Assembly: GCA_965217035.1 (NCBI GenBank)
Contig: OZ244226.1
Coordinates: 1,160,146-1,224,145 of the forward strand
Source of the DNA: Bacteriovoracaceae bacterium
GTDB lineage: Bacteria > Bdellovibrionota > Bacteriovoracia > Bacteriovoracales > Bacteriovoracaceae
Reading direction: 5' to 3'
Length of the DNA: 64,000 nucleotides
Shown piece by piece: positions 60,836 through 64,000 of this stretch (positions are counted from its first letter, which is position 1; each line of letters begins with the position of its first letter). The notes below the pieces were generated by a model, which saw only the letters and a list, made by a program, of their open reading frames with translations, had not been told where the DNA came from and made no database searches. The translations under genes and the position numbers were made by a program.

Positions 60836-61701
60836 TAGGAATCCTTGCCTTTGAGCTTCGGATCGAGAGCATCTCTCAAAGCATCACCTAAAATATTAAA
60901 AGCAAGAACAATCACAAACATCGCAAGCGTCGCTCCAGCGAGTTGCCACCAATGACCTTGAATAAGCTCTTGTTTCGCATCATCAATCATTTTCCCCCAA
61001 CTTGGGACTTCTTGAACACCAAGACCAAGATAAGAAAGAATAACCTCTGACTTTATTGCAACCTGAAATTGTAAGGAAGCATTGATAATAACAATATGAA
61101 AAATATTAGGAAGAATATGTTTGAAGAGTTTTTTCCCATGACCTCCACCAATAGCAGTAACGGCCTGAACATAATCTCTATTCTTATGCTTAATCACCTC
61201 ACCCCTGACAAGACGGCAGAGATGAACCCAAGAGGTTAGCCCCAACGCAATATAAACCGAGGTAATTCCTTTTCCCAGGATAAAAGAAATAGAAATAAGA
61301 AGCATGATAGTAGGAATAGAAGAAAAGGTTGTGTAAAACCAAACGACTGCTTCATCAACAACTCCTCCAAAATATCCTGCAACTGAGCCAAGAGTGATCC
61401 CAATTGGAATCGCAATCAATGAAGATACTAATCCAACAGACATCGCAACTTGAGTCCCATAAATAACTTTCATCAGAACATTTCTTCCTAAGAAATCAGT
61501 TCCTAACCAAAAGTCAGCATTGGGCGCCATATTTTCAGCTCCAACACTTGTCGACCAATCACTAGCAATGAGTCCCAATGAAACGAGAAGAGCAATCAGC
61601 GCATAGAGCATAACAATAACCAATGAAAGGGCGGAAACTTTATCCTTCAAAATTTTCTGAAGAGCAGTTCCCCATAATGATTTCGTCACCTGATCACTCA
61701 T
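60835..61701 (-). CDS. peptide ABC transporter permease (OppC/DppC-type)
   Basis: LGTDFLGR, EAA-like loop, LSYLGLG, SWG.MI, GDALRDALDPK. Confidence 0.95.
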   Translation of the reverse strand: MSDQVTKSLWGTALQKILKDKVSALSLVIVMLYALIALLVSLGLIASDWSTSVGAENMAPNADFWLGTDFLGRNVLMKVIYGTQVAMSVGLVSSLIAIPIGITLGSVAGYFGGVVDEAVVWFYTTFSSIPTIMLLISISFILGKGITSVYIALGLTSWVHLCRLVRGEVIKHKNRDYVQAVTAIGGGHGKKLFKHILPNIFHIVIINASLQFQVAIKSEVILSYLGLGVQEVPSWGKMIDDAKQELIQGHWWQLAGATLAMFVIVLAFNILGDALRDALDPKLKGKDS

Positions 61702-62642
61702 TAGCTTAGCTTCACCCTCGGATCGACAATCGCATAAAGAATGTCGGTAATTAAATTAAAAATAATATAGGCAATCGAACTGAGAATTGCGAAGGCCTTA
61801 ATAACTGGAAAGTCAGAAGAATTAATAGCCTGAAGGATCGTTCCTCCAAGGCCAGGAATGTCAAAGAAACTTTCCAAGAGAAGAGCACCAAGAATTAAAA
61901 AAGGAATCTGAATAACAACATAGGTAATAACAGGAATTAAGGCATTCCTAAGAACATGCTTTAAAAGAATCGTAATCTCTGAAAGCCCCTTAGCACGGGC
62001 TGTTCGTACATAATCCTGGTAAATTTCATCCAAAATAATCGTTCTAAAGAAACGAATATCAGGACCTAACGACAGAATTATCCAAATAATTCCAGGCAGC
62101 ATCGTATAGGCTAAAAAGTTAGGAAACCCTTCTTCATAACCCGAGATTTCAAACCAGCCTAGTTTAAAAGCAAAAAACCATTGAAAAAAGAGGATATACA
62201 CAAGACTCGAAACACTCATAAGTGAAATACAGACAACTCGAATAAATGTATCAATTCCTCGTCCTCTGTAATAAGCGACTACAAGTGAAATTAAGATTGA
62301 AAGAATTGTAGAAATAAGAAATGCAGGAACAGTTAATGTTAAAGACGGATAAGCTCTATTTGCAATCACTTCTGAAATTAACTGCTTTGTTGCCCACGAA
62401 CGACCAAAGTCAAAAGTAAATGCACTTCTAACAATATCGAAATATTGAGCAGCCATCGAACGATCAAGACCCAGTTGATGTCTAAGTTCGACAACTTGGG
62501 CGGCTGTCGCGTTTTTACCAAGTAATAATGGTGTTGGATCACCCGCAACGACATTAAAGAGTAAAAAGATTACAAAACTCACTCCAAAGATTACTGGAAT
62601 CAAATAGAGGAGTCTTCGTAAAACATATTGTAATAACTGCAT
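61701..62642 (-). CDS. peptide ABC transporter permease (OppB/DppB-type)
   Basis: GDP, GLD.., DFGRSW, DYVRTARAKGL, HVLRNALIP, DILYA.VDPR. Confidence 0.95.
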   Translation of the reverse strand: MQLLQYVLRRLLYLIPVIFGVSFVIFLLFNVVAGDPTPLLLGKNATAAQVVELRHQLGLDRSMAAQYFDIVRSAFTFDFGRSWATKQLISEVIANRAYPSLTLTVPAFLISTILSILISLVVAYYRGRGIDTFIRVVCISLMSVSSLVYILFFQWFFAFKLGWFEISGYEEGFPNFLAYTMLPGIIWIILSLGPDIRFFRTIILDEIYQDYVRTARAKGLSEITILLKHVLRNALIPVITYVVIQIPFLILGALLLESFFDIPGLGGTILQAINSSDFPVIKAFAILSSIAYIIFNLITDILYAIVDPRVKLS

Positions 62643-62648
62643 GCTATC

Positions 62649-64000
62649 TTATAACTTGTCTGAACTTTCAGTCTTAGCTTTAGAATCAATATCAAAATAC
62701 TTCGCAATACCATGATTGAACTCTGTAAATTTATAGTTTTTTAACCAGCTATGAAGAAGTCCATAACCAACTCTATGGAAACCAAAGATAAGCGGAACTT
62801 TTTCAGAAGCAAACTTATACATTTTTTCATAGAGAGCAGTCCTTTCTGGAGTATCTCCCATAATAGAAGCTTTCTCATACATTTTATCAAACTCTGGATC
62901 ATGAAAATTTGAACCATTCGATCCAGGAGCTTTATTTGCACTATAAAGAAGTTGAAGAAAGTTCTCCGCATCAGGATAGTCAGCTCCCCAAGCCATGCCA
63001 AACATCATTGTCTGTTTAGTGTTGACAAGTTTCATAAGCTCCGGCCAAGTCACTCCCATTGGTTTCACTCTAATACCTATTTGAGACATCATTTGTTGGA
63101 ACATCTCAGTCATCTGACGACCTTTTGTATCGTACTTATAATGGTAAGTAATTTCTGGAAGACCTTTTCCTCCAGGATAACCAGCTTCTTTTAGAAGCTT
63201 TTTAGCAAGTTCTAGATTGAAACTCTGATAAGGGCCTGCATAACCATTAATATGTCCCGCAATATTTGGAGGGACAATTGATTGAGCCGGAACAGAAATT
63301 CCGTAGAAAAAGTTCTTATTAATTTTATCTCTATCAAAAGCTGCAGACATTGCTTGTCTTAGCTTAACATTATCTTTGAAAAGTGGATGCTCATGATTAA
63401 AAGCATTGTAAGTCACATCAAGGCCAACTTTTTTCTCTGCTCTGATTCCCTTTTTCGTAAAATCTTCAGCTAAACCTTTCCCAGGAACAATAACTTGGTT
63501 AAATTGCTCAGCCGGAATCGTCATTGTATCAAGTTTTCCCTTAAGAAAGTTCAACCATCTTGTTTGCTCTTCTGTAATAACTGAAACAACAACTTTATCA
63601 ACAAGTGGAATCTTCTTTCCTTTATCTTTTAGTAATCCCTTCGCTTCATCACCTGCTTCGCCTTCAGAAGGGTAAAACTCATCTCTATACTTAGGGTTCT
63701 TTATATAAGTAATCTTGTTGCCTTGAGTATACTTCCCAGTAAAAAATGGACCTGTTCCAACTGGATTATTAAGAAACTCAGCTCCATACTTCTCAACAGC
63801 CTCTTTAGGAACAACATAAGTAAAAGGCATCGCTAAAGCATAAAGAAACTGTGGAAAAGGTTTTGTTAATTTAAATTGAACAGTGTGTGAGTCAATCGCT
63901 TTAACGCCTGTAATGATCTCTTCATAATTTACTTTTGCAGAATCCGCATTTTTTTCTCTCCATTCATTAAGACCTGCAATCTTGCCATCTACTAACCACC
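62649..64000 (-). CDS. peptide ABC transporter substrate-binding protein (family 5); 5' end beyond window
   Basis: PVGTGPF, LRQAM, A.KLLKEAGYP, WGADYPD.ENF; the frame stays open upstream of Met 63830 to the window end. Confidence 0.92.
   Translation of the reverse strand, partial: WLVDGKIAGLNEWREKNADSAKVNYEEIITGVKAIDSHTVQFKLTKPFPQFLYALAMPFTYVVPKEAVEKYGAEFLNNPVGTGPFFTGKYTQGNKITYIKNPKYRDEFYPSEGEAGDEAKGLLKDKGKKIPLVDKVVVSVITEEQTRWLNFLKGKLDTMTIPAEQFNQVIVPGKGLAEDFTKKGIRAEKKVGLDVTYNAFNHEHPLFKDNVKLRQAMSAAFDRDKINKNFFYGISVPAQSIVPPNIAGHINGYAGPYQSFNLELAKKLLKEAGYPGGKGLPEITYHYKYDTKGRQMTEMFQQMMSQIGIRVKPMGVTWPELMKLVNTKQTMMFGMAWGADYPDAENFLQLLYSANKAPGSNGSNFHDPEFDKMYEKASIMGDTPERTALYEKMYKFASEKVPLIFGFHRVGYGLLHSWLKNYKFTEFNHGIAKYFDIDSKAKTESSDKL

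Noticed and set aside
967..63194. Numerous short ORF-track entries overlapping longer genes (e.g. 2092-2421, 9079-9531, 27055-27489, 23379-23582 and 24341-24769 as standalone genes, 7123-7374)
   Set aside because: These are antisense or out-of-frame shadows of well-supported genes, or fragments produced by IS insertion.

Overview
AT-rich bacterial chromosome segment. The many small secreted proteins and lipoproteins, together with a Tex/FadI/SelO/Opp backbone, suggest a Bacteriovoracaceae/Halobacteriovorax-like predator (inference). Core functions include a T1SS-like exporter tail, porins, a thiolase, GSTs, Tex, ribokinase with a permease, SelO, a 5'-nucleotidase, a DUF3524 glycosyltransferase and a peptide ABC transporter. 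There are two accessory regions. (1) A ~5.5 kb decayed element bounded by a duplicated tRNA-His 3' end (30062-35540) carries an apparently intact retron in the order NDT/wHTH effector, msr-msd ncRNA, RT. Its ncRNA 5' arm and branching G overlap the effector's last codons, and a Zn-ribbon membrane gene follows 5 bp after the RT. (2) A ~15 kb hotspot downstream of tRNA-Leu (about 39.7-54.8 kb) is built from repeated modules: a conserved promoter/leader with a co-varying palindrome, unrelated secreted cargo genes, a conserved terminator and a shared pseudogene remnant. One cargo gene has a 14-bp VNTR whose unit is itself an RBS+ATG encoding chained MRKKL* mini-ORFs. Two apparently identical IS5-family copies each interrupt a gene, and an ISL3 abuts tRNA-Leu. 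All family calls were made by eye from motifs; no database searches were run.
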